Shown piece by piece: positions 30,515 through 43,400 of a stretch of DNA of 64,000 nucleotides (positions are counted from its first letter, which is position 1; every line of letters begins with the position of its first letter). This stretch comes from Ignavibacteriales bacterium (GTDB lineage: Bacteria > Bacteroidota > Ignavibacteria > T3Sed10-11). Position numbers and translations under genes: made by a program. The notes beneath the pieces were generated by a model. That model ran no database searches and had not been told where the DNA came from. It saw nothing but the letters and a program-made list of their open reading frames with translations. The stretch lies in assembly GCA_003568415.1 (NCBI GenBank), contig PWXV01000155.1, positions 17,114-81,113 of the forward strand, written 5' to 3'.

Positions 30515-31933
30515 TTATTCAAGTGCATATGCTGTATTCAACAGCGTTTGTTCATCAAACTGTTTTCCCAGGATTTGCAATCCAACCGGCAGACCATTCC
30601 GATCATAGCCACAGGGAACACTTATGCCCGGGATGCCGGCAAGGTTGGCCGAGGTTGTATATACATCCGATAAATACATGTGTAACGGATCATCAATTTT
30701 TTCACCGAGTCGAAAAGCAGTACCTGGCGTTGTGGGGGTTATGATACAATCCACTTTTGAAAACACATTATCAAAATCATTTTTTATCAGGCGTCGCACT
30801 TTTTGGGCTTTCCGGTAATACGCATCATAATAACCGGATGAGAGCACAAATGTTCCGAGCATAATCCGGCGTTTTACTTCTTCGCCGAAGCCTTCACTTC
30901 TTGAACGTGTATACATATCTGTGAGATCTTCTGCATCCTGAGCCCGGTATGAATACCGAACGCCATCATATCGGGCAAGATTTGAAGATGCTTCGGCTGT
31001 GGTCAAAACGTAATATGCTGCTATTGTGTATTCCGTATGCGGTAAAGATACTGAAACAATCGAAGCTCCCATATCCTTCAATTTCTGAATGCTGTTTTCA
31101 ATAGCAGGCCGGACGTCCTCTTCAAGATCATCTGTGAAATATTCATCAGGTAATCCGATCTTCAAGCCGGCAATCTTTTTAGTTAGTTGACCGGTATAAT
31201 CCGGTACCGGTACAGACGCAGAAGTCGAATCGTGGGGATCGTGTCCGGCAATTATTTTCAGCAACAAAGCAATATCATATACCGATCGGGCGAACGGACC
31301 TATCTGATCGAACGACGAGGCAAATGCAACAAGTCCATTGCGTGACACCCGGCCGTATGTCGGTTTTAATCCGTACACACCTGTAAAGGCGGCCGGCTGT
31401 CTGATCGAACCACCGGTATCACTTCCGATAGCAGCAACAGCCATGCCGGCTGAAACTGCAGCAGCAGAACCCCCACTCGATCCGCCGGGAACATGATCGG
31501 TGTTGCGTGGATTACGGGTAACACCAAACCGTGAGTTTTCAGTGGATGACCCCATTGCAAACTCATCCATATTTGTTTTACCGATAATAACGGCACCTGC
31601 ATCCCGTAACTTTTTTATTACCGTTGCATCATACAACCCCTCAAACGATTCCAACATTTTTGATGCACAGGTTACCTTCGAACTCCGTATACAAATATTA
31701 TCCTTTACTGCAACGACCATACCAGCAAGCTCGGGTTGGCTTCCTGTACGTATCAATGCATCAATCGCATCGGCCTGTTCAAGTGCCCATGTATCATATA
31801 CCTCTATGAAAGCATTGATATGGGTATGTTCTTGTATCTTGTTTAGATAATCTGATACCAGACTTGAAATAGACTGGTCTCCGTTGAGAAGACGTTTCCT
31901 TATGAAGCTGTAATCAGATTGTTCAGCAATCAT
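30515..31933 (-). CDS. gatA: Glu-tRNA(Gln)/Asp-tRNA(Asn) amidotransferase subunit A (amidase signature family)
   Basis: GGSSGGSAAAV amidase signature with the Ser-cisSer-Lys triad context. 472 aa. Confidence 0.85.
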   Translation of the reverse strand: MIAEQSDYSFIRKRLLNGDQSISSLVSDYLNKIQEHTHINAFIEVYDTWALEQADAIDALIRTGSQPELAGMVVAVKDNICIRSSKVTCASKMLESFEGLYDATVIKKLRDAGAVIIGKTNMDEFAMGSSTENSRFGVTRNPRNTDHVPGGSSGGSAAAVSAGMAVAAIGSDTGGSIRQPAAFTGVYGLKPTYGRVSRNGLVAFASSFDQIGPFARSVYDIALLLKIIAGHDPHDSTSASVPVPDYTGQLTKKIAGLKIGLPDEYFTDDLEEDVRPAIENSIQKLKDMGASIVSVSLPHTEYTIAAYYVLTTAEASSNLARYDGVRYSYRAQDAEDLTDMYTRSRSEGFGEEVKRRIMLGTFVLSSGYYDAYYRKAQKVRRLIKNDFDNVFSKVDCIITPTTPGTAFRLGEKIDDPLHMYLSDVYTTSANLAGIPGISVPCGYDRNGLPVGLQILGKQFDEQTLLNTAYALE

Positions 31934-32035
31934 TCAGCGGTACTTCTGTATGAGATTAGTATGTAATGTGTAAAATCCGTGTAAAAAAATATCAACCGGG
32001 GTTGATGAGTTGTCCCTTACATTAAAAAACAAAAT

Positions 32036-32293
32036 TTAATTCTTTTCTGTACTGTCTTCTTCCGAAGATGATTTTTCCGATGCTGCAGGTTCGGATTTTT
32101 TCTCCGGCGGTTTTTCATTAATCTTTTGTTTTTCTTCGTTTATATCATCCTGAATTTCACGCGCCGCTTTTCTGAACTCCTTCAACCCTTTACCGAGACC
32201 CTGTGCGAGTTCCGGAATTTTTCGGGCTCCAAAAAATATCAGAATGACAAGAAGAATAAGAATAATTTCCGTGGCACCCAGATTTCCGAACAT
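32036..32293 (-). CDS. tatA: Twin-arginine translocase subunit TatA/E
   Basis: [30 protein letters not shown]-terminal TM helix plus amphipathic helix. 85 aa. Confidence 0.85.
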   Translation of the reverse strand: MFGNLGATEIILILLVILIFFGARKIPELAQGLGKGLKEFRKAAREIQDDINEEKQKINEKPPEKKSEPAASEKSSSEEDSTEKN

Positions 32294-32315
32294 AATGTTT
32301 CTCTCCTTGGCAGTA

Positions 32316-33044
32316 TTACTCTGCCGAAATATAATTATTTACTTGTATAATACTATTTATCACTGATTCAAAAATCTTTTTCCCGTCACGTTTACCGAGC
32401 AGGTCTTCCATCGCCCGTTCGGGATGTGGCATCATACCGAGGACATTACCTTCTCGATTTACAATACCCGCTATATTTTCGAGTGAGCCATTCGGATTGA
32501 CGGCATCCGAAATCTCACCGTTTTCATCACTATATCTAAATACAATTTGACGATTTTTTTTCAACTCTTCAAGTCCTTCAGCATCAATGATGTAATTACC
32601 ATCGCCGTGGGCAACAGAAATTTTGAGCACCTCTCCTTCGGAGCATTGCGAGGTGAACCTGGTATCATTGTTCTCAACCCGAATATATACATCTTTGCAA
32701 ACAAATCGCAGATGCTCATTTCTGACAAGTGCTCCCGGCAATAGTCCTGCCTCACACAGCACCTGAAATCCATTACAAATCCCCGTTACGACACCGCCAT
32801 TGCGGGCAAAGTTTATTACGTCTTTCATAATAGGAGAAAACCGTGCAATTGCACCGCATCGAAGATAATCGCCATAAGAAAAACCACCCGGAAGAATAAC
32901 CAGATCGGTTTCACCCAGAGATTCTTCCTTATGCCAGACGAAGCGGGTATCAATCCCCATTATTTTCCGTAAAGCAAAGAAAGCATCATGATCGCAATTC
33001 GATCCCGGGAACACAATTACTGCAGCGCGAGCCTGTTCCTTCAT
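32316..33044 (-). CDS. purQ: Phosphoribosylformylglycinamidine synthase, glutaminase subunit
   Basis: [13 protein letters not shown] ... class I glutamine amidotransferase. Overlaps purS by 4 nt. Confidence 0.85.
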   Translation of the reverse strand: MKEQARAAVIVFPGSNCDHDAFFALRKIMGIDTRFVWHKEESLGETDLVILPGGFSYGDYLRCGAIARFSPIMKDVINFARNGGVVTGICNGFQVLCEAGLLPGALVRNEHLRFVCKDVYIRVENNDTRFTSQCSEGEVLKISVAHGDGNYIIDAEGLEELKKNRQIVFRYSDENGEISDAVNPNGSLENIAGIVNREGNVLGMMPHPERAMEDLLGKRDGKKIFESVINSIIQVNNYISAE

Positions 33045-33316
33045 TCTTTGACCGCCTCCTCTTTCCTGCGGATGGTGAAGGTATAATCTTCCATGACAGG
33101 ATTCGCCAGAAGTTTATTACAGATATCATCGACGGTTTCCCTGGCCTGGGATTCAGTCTCCGCATCAACCTCAAGTTCTATGTGTTTTCCCATCCTCACA
33201 TTATGAACGGCACCGTATCCAAGCTGGTGCAAACTTTGTTCTACGGTCTTCCCTTCCGGGTCGAGTATTGAAGGTCTCAGTGTAACCGTTACAACTGCTT
33301 TAAACATAAACTTCAC
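33041..33316 (-). CDS. purS: Phosphoribosylformylglycinamidine synthase subunit PurS
   Basis: 91 aa. Strongly resembles the PurS family ([13 protein letters not shown] ... pattern). Confidence 0.8.
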   Translation of the reverse strand: MKFMFKAVVTVTLRPSILDPEGKTVEQSLHQLGYGAVHNVRMGKHIELEVDAETESQARETVDDICNKLLANPVMEDYTFTIRRKEEAVKE

Positions 33317-33327
33317 CTCTCCTTGTG

Positions 33328-34110
33328 CTATGCATCTAAACTTGTTGTCTCTTCCGGAGAATCTTCGTCGAGTTCCTCCCCACTTAGAAACCGACTTATT
33401 TTTTCATATACTGCCCGCAGCGGTCCTGAAACAGAATATGCTAAAAATATAAAAAAGAGTGCATACCCTTTAGTCGCAGCGGTAATAATGATAGCAAACA
33501 GTACTAATCCAGATTTAAGAGGGCTATTTTTTATTGATTCCTTGCTCGGCTTTGGTAATGTATCGTATTTAATTAACGAAACCATCAGTAATGATGAAAC
33601 GACAAGAATCGGAATAAGCATAATACCCCAGAACCCCGTTAATCCGGCACTCTCATCATAAAAAATCAACACATAGGTAACAATCAAGCCGGCTGCAGAA
33701 GGTATCGGTAGTCCCCGATAAAAATCTTTATCAAATCCGGTCAGTTGAACGTTAAACCGGGCAAGTCGAATGCCGCCGAATATCATCGGCATGGCACTGA
33801 TGAGTATTCCAATATTATTAAATTCATATAACGCAAGATTGTAAACGAGAAACGATGGAGCAACACCAAACGAAACGATATCAGAAAGGGAATCGAATTC
33901 CACCCCAAATTCACTTGAAGATTTTGTTATACGTGCCATGATTCCATCAAGCGCATCGAATACTGCGGCAAGTATAATAAACCAGGCTGCAACGATGAAA
34001 TTTCCCTGCGTTGACGAGACGATTGACATGAATCCGCTGAACATGTTCAATGTAGTGAACATATTCGGCACAAATGCTCTTGTTATTTTCATGTATTGAA
34101 TTCCATCCAA
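33328..34110 (-). CDS. pssA: CDP-diacylglycerol--serine O-phosphatidyltransferase (CDP-alcohol phosphatidyltransferase family)
   Basis: DALDGIMAR-x8-G-x3-D-x3-D motif. Polytopic membrane protein. Adjacent to psd. Confidence 0.8.
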   Translation of the reverse strand: MDGIQYMKITRAFVPNMFTTLNMFSGFMSIVSSTQGNFIVAAWFIILAAVFDALDGIMARITKSSSEFGVEFDSLSDIVSFGVAPSFLVYNLALYEFNNIGILISAMPMIFGGIRLARFNVQLTGFDKDFYRGLPIPSAAGLIVTYVLIFYDESAGLTGFWGIMLIPILVVSSLLMVSLIKYDTLPKPSKESIKNSPLKSGLVLFAIIITAATKGYALFFIFLAYSVSGPLRAVYEKISRFLSGEELDEDSPEETTSLDA

Positions 34111-34150
34111 ACCTTTACGTTCTCCAACACATTGCTTTTACTTACACATA

Positions 34151-34819
34151 TTAATCAGGTAAGATCGCGATCACCGTTTCACCAGCAACCATTTTCTCGC
34201 CTACTGCAACTTTAATTGTAGCACTTTTCGGCAAAATTATATCCATACGCGATCCGAACTTGATCATCCCGAATCGCTCACCTTTTTTAACGACATCGCC
34301 TTCCTGTATCGGACAAACAATTCGCCGGGCAATTGATCCGACAATTTGTTTGAACATTATTTTTTGGCCATCCCGCTCCACACCGATTTCGGTACGCTCA
34401 TTTTTTTCCGATGCCATATGGTCATATGCCACCATAAAATCCCCTTTTATATACCGAAAAAACCCGATCTTGCCGCTCCACGGAATCCGGTTTACGTGTA
34501 CATTCAACGGTGATAAAAATATGCTCACCTGTGTCGCGGAGGCATCAAGATATTCTGCCTGATCAAGTTCTTTAATCAATACAAGTTTACCATCTGCCGG
34601 AGATAAAACTATATTATCACCATCAGGGATCGAACGCTCGGGATCACGGAAAAAGTAGAGTGTAAACAGTAATAATGCGGCGAGAACCCCGATAATGCTA
34701 TATTTAAGTACCGGATGTTGAATACCGAAATATGAGGCAAGTATTCCGATAAGGGTAATGCCCGCAACCGTTATCACAACATCATAGCCGTACCTCGTGA
34801 TCAATAAATTTGCCTCCAA
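34151..34819 (-). CDS. psd: Phosphatidylserine decarboxylase proenzyme
   Basis: LSPLNVHVNRIP ... FGSRMD self-cleavage region. N-terminal TM anchor. Confidence 0.8.
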   Translation of the reverse strand: MEANLLITRYGYDVVITVAGITLIGILASYFGIQHPVLKYSIIGVLAALLLFTLYFFRDPERSIPDGDNIVLSPADGKLVLIKELDQAEYLDASATQVSIFLSPLNVHVNRIPWSGKIGFFRYIKGDFMVAYDHMASEKNERTEIGVERDGQKIMFKQIVGSIARRIVCPIQEGDVVKKGERFGMIKFGSRMDIILPKSATIKVAVGEKMVAGETVIAILPD

Positions 34820-35004
34820 AATGCCAAAAATTCTTAATAATAAACATGGTATATTACCAAATTATTCGTTGAAAATCAAATACTTACGGGGATTTGATCG
34901 TCAGTCTTCAGTTTTCAGGGTTCAGCACACAGATTTAAACATCCGAATTTTTATTCTATCATGACAAGAGATCGAATAGACGGATGGATGTGAAATATTC
35001 TATT

Positions 35005-35904
35005 TCACCCTAACCGTTTTCGCTTATTCAGATATTGAAACAGAGCAACATCGAAGGGTGTTGCAGTATCGAGCAGAACATAGTCAACCGCTTGTTCACG
35101 ACATTCCCGCTTATAGCGATCTAAAAATCGGCGCATTTCGTCCTGATATGCTTTTTGAATGTGGTATGGTTGGGTGGTCATTTTTTCTTCAGTCTCCATA
35201 TCCTGAAAAACAGCATCTCTGCCGAATGCAAACGACCGTTCGGATGGATCGAGCACCTGCATTACGATGACCTCATTCCGGTTGTGCCGGAAATGTTTAA
35301 GTGCTCCGAGCACTTCATCCGGATCATCAAACAAATCACTGAAAATAATTACTAATCCTCTTCGTTTTATCCGTTCTGCCATACGATGGAGCGAAACGCC
35401 GGTACCGGTTTTATTACCTGGCTGTGTATCAATGAGCGTTTTAAACAACATCTTCAAGTAGGATTGTTTTGATCGGGGTGGTAAAAATGATCGTATCGCT
35501 TCATCGAAGATACCTAGCCCGACAGCGTCCCGTTGGCGAACCATCAGATACGCGAGTGCTGCTGCAACAGATGTTGCATATTCATATTTAGTCGGATGGT
35601 TCTCCGAGCGAAACGCCATCGACCGGCTGGCATCTACAATCAGATATGTTTTTAGATTGGTTTCTTCCTCGTATTGCTTGATATAATACCTATCTGTCCG
35701 GCCGAACACTTTCCAGTCAACGTGTTTGATATCATCACCCGGCATATATTGACGATGCTCTGCAAATTCAACACTGAATCCGTGATACGGACTCCGGTGG
35801 AGGCCGGCTATAAATCCTTCCACCACCAGCTTTGCACGAAGTTCAAGATTTTCAATACGGGATATAACATCAGGTTGTAAAATTGTGTGTTCGGCTCTCG
35901 CCAT
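35005..35904 (-). CDS. DUF58 domain protein (VWA-like, normally MoxR-associated)
   Basis: HRSPYHGFSVEFAEHRQYMPGDDIKHVDWKVFGRTDRYYIKQYEEETNL is the DUF58 signature. Confidence 0.75.
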   Translation of the reverse strand: MARAEHTILQPDVISRIENLELRAKLVVEGFIAGLHRSPYHGFSVEFAEHRQYMPGDDIKHVDWKVFGRTDRYYIKQYEEETNLKTYLIVDASRSMAFRSENHPTKYEYATSVAAALAYLMVRQRDAVGLGIFDEAIRSFLPPRSKQSYLKMLFKTLIDTQPGNKTGTGVSLHRMAERIKRRGLVIIFSDLFDDPDEVLGALKHFRHNRNEVIVMQVLDPSERSFAFGRDAVFQDMETEEKMTTQPYHIQKAYQDEMRRFLDRYKRECREQAVDYVLLDTATPFDVALFQYLNKRKRLG

Positions 35905-35949
35905 TCTTCCTCACTGTACTATTGGATACATGATAAAAATAAATTGTGA

Positions 35950-37419
35950 TTATACGCTTTCAATCAATTCAATCGTTTCACAGATGAATTCCCACGTTTC
36001 GTTAACGTGACGTTCTTCTACTTCGGTCTGCCCGATCACAAGGCGGATCACATATATACCGCTCAATCGAGTATGTGTGGCAAACATTTTCCCTGAAGCG
36101 TTAAGATGTTCGAGAAGTTCCTCGTTTATTTCGTCAAGCTTTTCAGGATCATCTATTCCATCGGGATGGTACCTGAAACAAACAGTATTTAACGGCACCG
36201 GTGCCATTAATTCAAATTCTGTTGAGTTATCGATAGTGCGCGCCAGTTCCTGCGCCATTGAGATGTGGTGCCTGATCTTATTCTGTAGTCCCGCTATACC
36301 ATAATTTCTGATCACAAACCAGAGTTTTAATGCTCTGAAACGACGTCCGAGTTGTAATCCCCAATCACGATAATTCTTTACCGGTTTTTCATCATTGGTT
36401 TTTAAGTACTCGGGTAGAATTTCAAACGTCCTGACAAGTGCATCGGGATCCTGAACGAAATACGCCGAGCAATCGAAATTCGTGAACATCCATTTGTGAG
36501 GATTAAATACAAACGAATCAACGTGCTTTATACCGTCAATCATCCACCGATATTCCGGAAGGACCACTGCCGTGCCCGCATATGCAGCATCAACGTGCAA
36601 CCAGAGAGAATATTTTTCAGTAATATCACCGAGTTTTTTTATTGAGTCGATCGCTGTGGAACCGGTTGTACCGAGCGCTGCAACAACTGCAAGCGGTATA
36701 TATCCCTTATCGATATCATCATCAATCTGATTGTGCAATCTGCCGGGAGCAATTGCATACGTATCGTCGACCGGTATTTTTCGCAGATTTGCAGAACCGA
36801 GCCCGATCACTTTTACCGCTTTTTCTATTGATGAATGACTTTCAGTTGAACAATATACAATGTGCTTTCGATGCGTGTACAAACCTTTTTTATTGATTTG
36901 AAAGTCTGAATGTTTTTCACGGGCAGTCAGCAATGCACAGATAGTTGCCGTCGATGCCGTATCCTGAATGACACCGGTAAACGATTCCGGTAGTCCTATC
37001 ATCTCACGAAGCCACTGCATAACCCGTTCTTCGAGTTCGGTGGCGGCGGGTGACGTAATCCAGCTCATACATTGGGCGCCAAGTGTCGCAGTAAGCATCT
37101 CGGCCAGCACAGAGATCCGGCTGCTGTTTGCGGGAAAGTAAGCAAAGAATTTTGGGTGTTGCCAATGAGTTATTCCGGGCAGTATCACTTCCTGAAAGTC
37201 CCGAAAAATTTTTTCAAACGGTTCTCCGTCCCTCGGTGGATGCACTGGAAGGTTATGCAGGATTTCGCCCGGTTTGGATTGAGATTTCACAGGGTATGAT
37301 TCGATTTCATCCAGATAGTCTGCCATCCAATCAACGAGTTCGTGCGCGTATTTCCTAAATTCTTCAGAGTTCATGGCTGACTCGTATAAATTAATATTCA
37401 GTATAACACCGTATTGCAA
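35950..37419 (-). CDS. PLP-dependent aromatic-L-amino-acid/tyrosine decarboxylase (group II decarboxylase)
   Basis: PKFFAYFPANSS ... FNPHKWM (PLP-binding Lys) ... DDC/TDC family pattern across 489 aa. Confidence 0.75.
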   Translation of the reverse strand: MQYGVILNINLYESAMNSEEFRKYAHELVDWMADYLDEIESYPVKSQSKPGEILHNLPVHPPRDGEPFEKIFRDFQEVILPGITHWQHPKFFAYFPANSSRISVLAEMLTATLGAQCMSWITSPAATELEERVMQWLREMIGLPESFTGVIQDTASTATICALLTAREKHSDFQINKKGLYTHRKHIVYCSTESHSSIEKAVKVIGLGSANLRKIPVDDTYAIAPGRLHNQIDDDIDKGYIPLAVVAALGTTGSTAIDSIKKLGDITEKYSLWLHVDAAYAGTAVVLPEYRWMIDGIKHVDSFVFNPHKWMFTNFDCSAYFVQDPDALVRTFEILPEYLKTNDEKPVKNYRDWGLQLGRRFRALKLWFVIRNYGIAGLQNKIRHHISMAQELARTIDNSTEFELMAPVPLNTVCFRYHPDGIDDPEKLDEINEELLEHLNASGKMFATHTRLSGIYVIRLVIGQTEVEERHVNETWEFICETIELIESV

Positions 37420-37454
37420 TATAAGAAAAATGTAACAGAAAAGGGAGGGCGGCG

Positions 37455-40400
37455 TTATCGTATAGCAATATTAATATCCAGCCCGGCTTCGTTTGTGGTC
37501 ATACCCGGTGTGCGTGAACCTTCCTGATTTGGAGACACCTTCGAATAGCGATAGAAAATTGATGCGGTGACCCGTTGACTCAGGACATACCGTACACGCG
37601 GCTCAAAACTTGTGCGGGTTGCACCGTCATCAACCTGTCCCTCACCGTCGCCACGCAGCACCTCGGTATTGAACCGAACTCGCTCATTGCGTGAGAGCGA
37701 ATACGTCATACTGATATCGATATCGTTGCTCAGTGATAACCCGAACAGAGGCATTGCAAAACCACGACGACCATAGGATGCAGTAAAGGATACTTCCTGT
37801 GTTAAACTTTTTACAATAATGCGCGATGAATAATTGAGATCGTAATTTGTTGATGTATTATATCTTGCATTCGCAGTTAAATTTCCCTTCATAAACTCTT
37901 TGAATGTCACATTGAGACCGACAAGAGGATTGAATCCCATGGTAATACGCTGCATTTCAGTTTGCCGACCGCTTCCATCGGCACGATCTCTCCATCGCTG
38001 CGTATAACCCGATGAATATGCATGATCAAGGGATACACGTCGTGCCCAATTTTCAAATATTCCGAGCCGCTCCAGACCTTCCCACCTGAAGTTCCAGTTT
38101 ACCCGCGGAAGTGCATCTCCGAATATACTTCTCAGCAACGAGAATGATTCCATACCTTTCTCGAATGCATCGGATAACTTTTCACCCTCACTGCGGTCAT
38201 CGGTCGGATCATTTATCGATGCCTGAAAAATACTCATTACTTCATCAAGATTACCGCCCAGCATACTGAGTCCCGGAAATGCAGGGAGTGTAAAGAATGA
38301 GCGGTCTACATCACCTGCTTTATTGACACTGGTAATTTCGGGCACGCCGAGAGAATCGGTAACCAAACTGTGATTACGATTAAAATTCCACGAATAGTTC
38401 CAGTTGAATTCTATCCGTGCACCCTGCCAGAGTTGCCGTTGCGTACGAACGGTTACGCGGTTGGTTTCCGAAAAGCTATCCATGAGACTACCGTTCGGCG
38501 CGCGCAATTCTGCAGGTCTCGATGCAAATCCGAGTTGATATCGACGAGACGGACCGTGTTGGAGCTCGGGATCTCCGCTAAATGGCATCTTACCCCAGAA
38601 GTTGCCAAGCCCCGTTCCACCGACCAAACCACTATTCTGAATGTTTTGATTCTGATTAAAACTAATTGAGATACGATCATAATCCAAAAACGGAACCTTA
38701 ATCAGATATTCGAGTGCCTGTTTGATTGCAGCAAAACCGGTAACCGATTCTTCATCCTCATCTTTCACCTCTTCTTCAGCATCTTCCTCCTGAGGTTGTT
38801 GTGCGGTGCGTCCCCTTCCGCGTTGATCCTGCTGCTGCCGGCCGCGTGCCCGTTGATCCTCGACACCGAATATTCTGTTCCCGAGGTCCTTCAAATTAAT
38901 GGTCATCGATGCATCAAACCTCGCATTCACTCCTGAGCTACGCCCTAAAGTTTCCTGGGAAAGATTTCGCGTCCACCGATAACTTGAACTGTATCCGGTG
39001 TTGAACTCAAAATATCGGTTAATACCCCATAGCGACGGTAGCCGCGGTCTGGTATCGAGACGAACTTCCTGCGTGTAATTATTATCTAATCCGAAATCGA
39101 ATATACCGGGGCCACCCACTATGTCACCCATAATATCGGAGAACGGTCGTTGCCGTCCTTGTTCATCAAGTTCAAAGTGTGTTAGTGAGCTGGCAATATT
39201 CAGACGATAATCGAACGACGGATTAATAAAACCGTTCTCAAAAAATCGCCAGTTAAAAGCCATATTCCGGTTACCGGTAAAATTGCGCTGGGTTGGCCTG
39301 ACTCTGTCCTGCCGTCGCAATCGTTCGTTTGACCGGTTACGTTGAAAGTTTAAACCGGTATTGAAGTTTGCTGGCGAATAGAAAATCCTCACGTCTTTAT
39401 AATGATCAAGTAACGGTACTCCGTCAAACAGGCTTTCAAATGGTTGCCAGTAATTATTCCGGCTGAATGTTAATTGATAAGTCGAACGTGCTTGCCAGGA
39501 CCAGCTTTCGCGGTGTTCTATAGTCGGGCTCCGATCCCGGGTTTTATTATAATTAAAACTAAACCGAAGGTTGTTTATTGTTTCCTGAAGATACCACCTG
39601 TCTGTTGGAATTTGAACCCGAATATTCGGCGCCGTATACGAGTCGGTCACCCGAACGGTTTGCGATTCCAAACGAATTTCTTCCACCATCTGCTGCGCCT
39701 GCTCCGGATCCACCCCTGCCTCTTCGAGCTGTGCCAGTTGGCGTTCCATAGCACTTGAGATAAGAATATCGGTGCCGGGAATATATTGCGGATTAACAAT
39801 ACTTTCGGTTCGTGTATAATTGATTGGTAGTTCGGTACCACGCTGCCAGTCATCCGGTAAAAATTTCTGAAGAGAGAAACTTGCCCCCATCTCCCAATTT
39901 CGATTTGTCTGGCGTGAACCGAACTGTCGGTCAAGACGATGGAAGTTTGGGTCGGTCTGTGACATATTGAACCGTACAGTACCAAAGTCAGCCAAATTTA
40001 TCGATGAACTAACACGATAAGCCCAACCGGGTGTATTATCGACATCAATCAATCGCATTTCGTTAACCCACACCTGACCCCGTAAGGTTCTTCCGCCTCC
40101 GTTTTCATCCCCGGGATTGGCAATACCGATCGACATATAGCGAATATTGGTTAACGATGGATTTTGAACAACGCGATAAGTAGCTCCCGGCGGACCGTCT
40201 TCAACCGGAATGGGAGCGCTTTGGTTTGTTGCGGTGTCCCGTACTGCTTTTGTTGTAGTAAGTTGTGCAAAGTCGATTTGCACATTGTTTTGTTCGTGCC
40301 AGCCGGGCCACAGCGGCTGCCGGTATTCATAATAGTTTGATGTATCTGCACCAAACCGGATAAAGATCTCTGCATCCCGGTCTGTTCCATCCCCGTTAAC

Positions 40401-43400
40401 CTGCCAGGTGGGATCACCATGAACAAACATTCGCAAAGAACGGTAATTGAACATGTCAAGTGAACGCCCGGGAAAATAACGGAATGCCTGACGACTGTCA
40501 TCCGGATTAAGATCGTTGATAGTTAAAACGAGTGATTGTTCGTTCCCTTCAATGATATCGCCGTCGGGAAGCCGCTCACGTGGTGGCCGGACACCGGGTG
40601 GAGAATAATATTCCGGATTTTCTTGTTTATTCAACACGGAGATAACCATCGTCGTATCATCCCGCATTTCTTCTTCCCATTGATTACCGGTAAATGCAAA
40701 GTCTGCGATACGCATATGAATATTATCTTCAAACCCTGAAAACCATACCCTGAAAAACTCAACATTATTTAAAGATGGATTACCGATCTCATCATCATAC
40801 TGGCGTATCGGTATACGAAACTGATACCAACCGTTATGACCACCACCGACTATATAGGGATTATCCTGAAAGGCGTTTGTTGTATCAAGGCTAATTTCGT
40901 ATTGAAAATAACTATTCGTAAGGTCGACTATACCGTTTCTGTTTAAGTCCTCGGTATCCGGCAGAAAACCGGCTTCAGTTTGGGCGTTTCCTTCAACGCC
41001 GGTTACACGGGAATAATCACCTTGTTGTGGCGGTCGGTAATTATCACCAGAGGGATCATCATTGAGTGTATCATAGAAAGGAGTTCCCTGATAGTGTTCC
41101 AACCAATCTGCAAATACTTCCCGTTCTTCTTCGGTCGGGATTCCGTCGAGCCCGACATCCTCTTCATCATGGAGTGTCCCGGTTGGATTTCTCCCTCTAC
41201 TTCCATCCTCCTGGTGGATACCATTTACACGATTACCCCGTAACCGATCCTCATATATTATCCTTTCACTTATCTGTCCCATATTAATGTACATTTTCCC
41301 GTCGCGGGTATCACCTTCTATGCGTGCCCAGAACTCAATGAAGTTGAGATTTTCATCGACCAGATTTTTTGTCGAACCGGTCAACGCCCGCATCAAACCA
41401 CCCCAGGAGTTATACGGGTTATTATAAATCGTCTCCATGAGATCCCATGAATAATTATATTCACCACGTTCACGAGGTCTATATTCTACGTGCATTACTG
41501 TTACACGATCTTCACCACGCTGGACCTGGCGTTCCGGCCAAATATCGGTCACCAATGTTACTTCGTCACTGGGGAACGTATTATACCAGAATGTTCTCGC
41601 TTTATGTTGCACCAAAGAATCCGCAGGAACTTCACCTAACTCACGGGTTCTGACGGGCGGGCTTGCATACTTCCAAGTACCATAATTCACACCGATTGGT
41701 ACACTACGCCGCGATCCTTCAAAGTCATCGATATAGGCAACACCTTTTCCATCGTCCATTGCGACGGTTGATGCTTTTGTGTTGCGATTTGGTCTTATAT
41801 ACGCAGCTTCGCCGCTTATCTGCAGGTTGGATTCAGCCATCGAATTGAAAAACGGAAGTTTATTCATTGCATCGGTTACGAAATTAACCGGGACACGGGT
41901 TCTGCCATCGATACCGAATATCGCATTGTTTACCGGCTCCTCGCCGACACGTACTTTATCGGCCAGCGTTTCTTCCCGCATACTCATCATTGTAAAATTG
42001 ATATCGGTATAACGTCCGATTGGCAACTCTCCCCGTAAGCCAAGTAATGTCTTTGAGGCGATCTGGAATAATTCATTCTGTTCATAGGTAATACGCAGAT
42101 CGGCTCCCGGCTGCATAGCTGCATCACTCCGGAGTGTGATCTGTCCGAGCATATAATCTACGGTGTAATCCGTCCCCTCCTCAAGCCGCTGGGTTCCCAG
42201 AAAAACTTGCACACTACCTTCGACGACGTTAAAACCAAGATTATAGGACGATGCCACCGATGAAGAAAATCGCCCGCGTACCCGGAATCTATCTTTTTCA
42301 TTTCGTGCACGCGCTGCCGAGACTGTAGTATCGTACACTTCGGGGTATGTGTACTCATCCAGTCCTGCTTCGGCAAGCTTATCATCAAACGGTCGTAAAG
42401 ATGGGAAGATAAGCTCACCGCGTGCGGCATCTATCGTAACTCCCGGACGCCAATCGAATCTGTTATCGGGGGTGGGTGCACCTGCTTCATCAGTTTGATC
42501 AAGGCCAAATACCTGCAGCAATGGTTGTCCGTCAAGTTCATCGGTAGGTTCCTGACCGGGGATATCGTATTCTACTCGAAGTTCAAATCCTTCCTTTTGT
42601 AAATTTCTGCCACCGATAGGATAGATATTTCGAAGTTGTAATTTCCAAGCATCGGTATATTGCGGCTGGAGGTTTCGCGGTCGCACGAGTTTTAAAACTA
42701 TCCGGCTCGAATCATCGTCAACATTTACTACGAAATCACCGTATTCCCCTCCATCAGCCCGGCGATAGGCAACGGCAATCGCCTGATCATCCGAAAGTTG
42801 TTTTCGCATTGTCAATCTGCCGGTTCGCGTGCTGATGTTGTAATCCTCTCCTTCACGAAGCATTACAAACTGTCCGATTTCCACCTCACCTGATATCCCC
42901 GACTCAAGATCCCGCCACTGTGCAGGATCATATCCTGCAGCAGGGCGTGGAGGTAAATCTATGTGTGCAGTAACGGGGCGTTCATTGACGTCGGTTATGA
43001 CACCGCTTCGTGTCACCCATACTTCGAGATCGGTAATTTCAAGTTGCGGATTATATTGCGGTTCAAGCGCCATTGCCGCCTCATAACCATCTATATAATC
43101 TTCATCGATGAAATAATGATTGCGAGAATAATCGTAAGGTCTGATTTCAAAGGTTTGTTCTTCTGCACCACCGCTTAATGTTAATTCTTCAGACCGCCCT
43201 TTTTGCTGTGAAGCAACTGCAGTCAATCTCATCGGTCCGAATTGCAGATTGGATTTTATACCAAATAATGCCTGGCTACTTCCGATAAATTGTGTTGGTG
43301 TTCGTAATGATACGTTCCCTGCCTCAATAGTTTGTATGATCTCATCATCATATCCGTCATACCTGATACTGAGTTGATTCTCATATTCAAATGAACGCTG

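Noticed and set aside
38370-38680. Overlapping + and - ORFs inside sprA, and numerous other 60-120 aa ORFs across 37455..44315
   Set aside because: Out-of-frame or antisense within the 2286-aa SprA ORF. No independent support.
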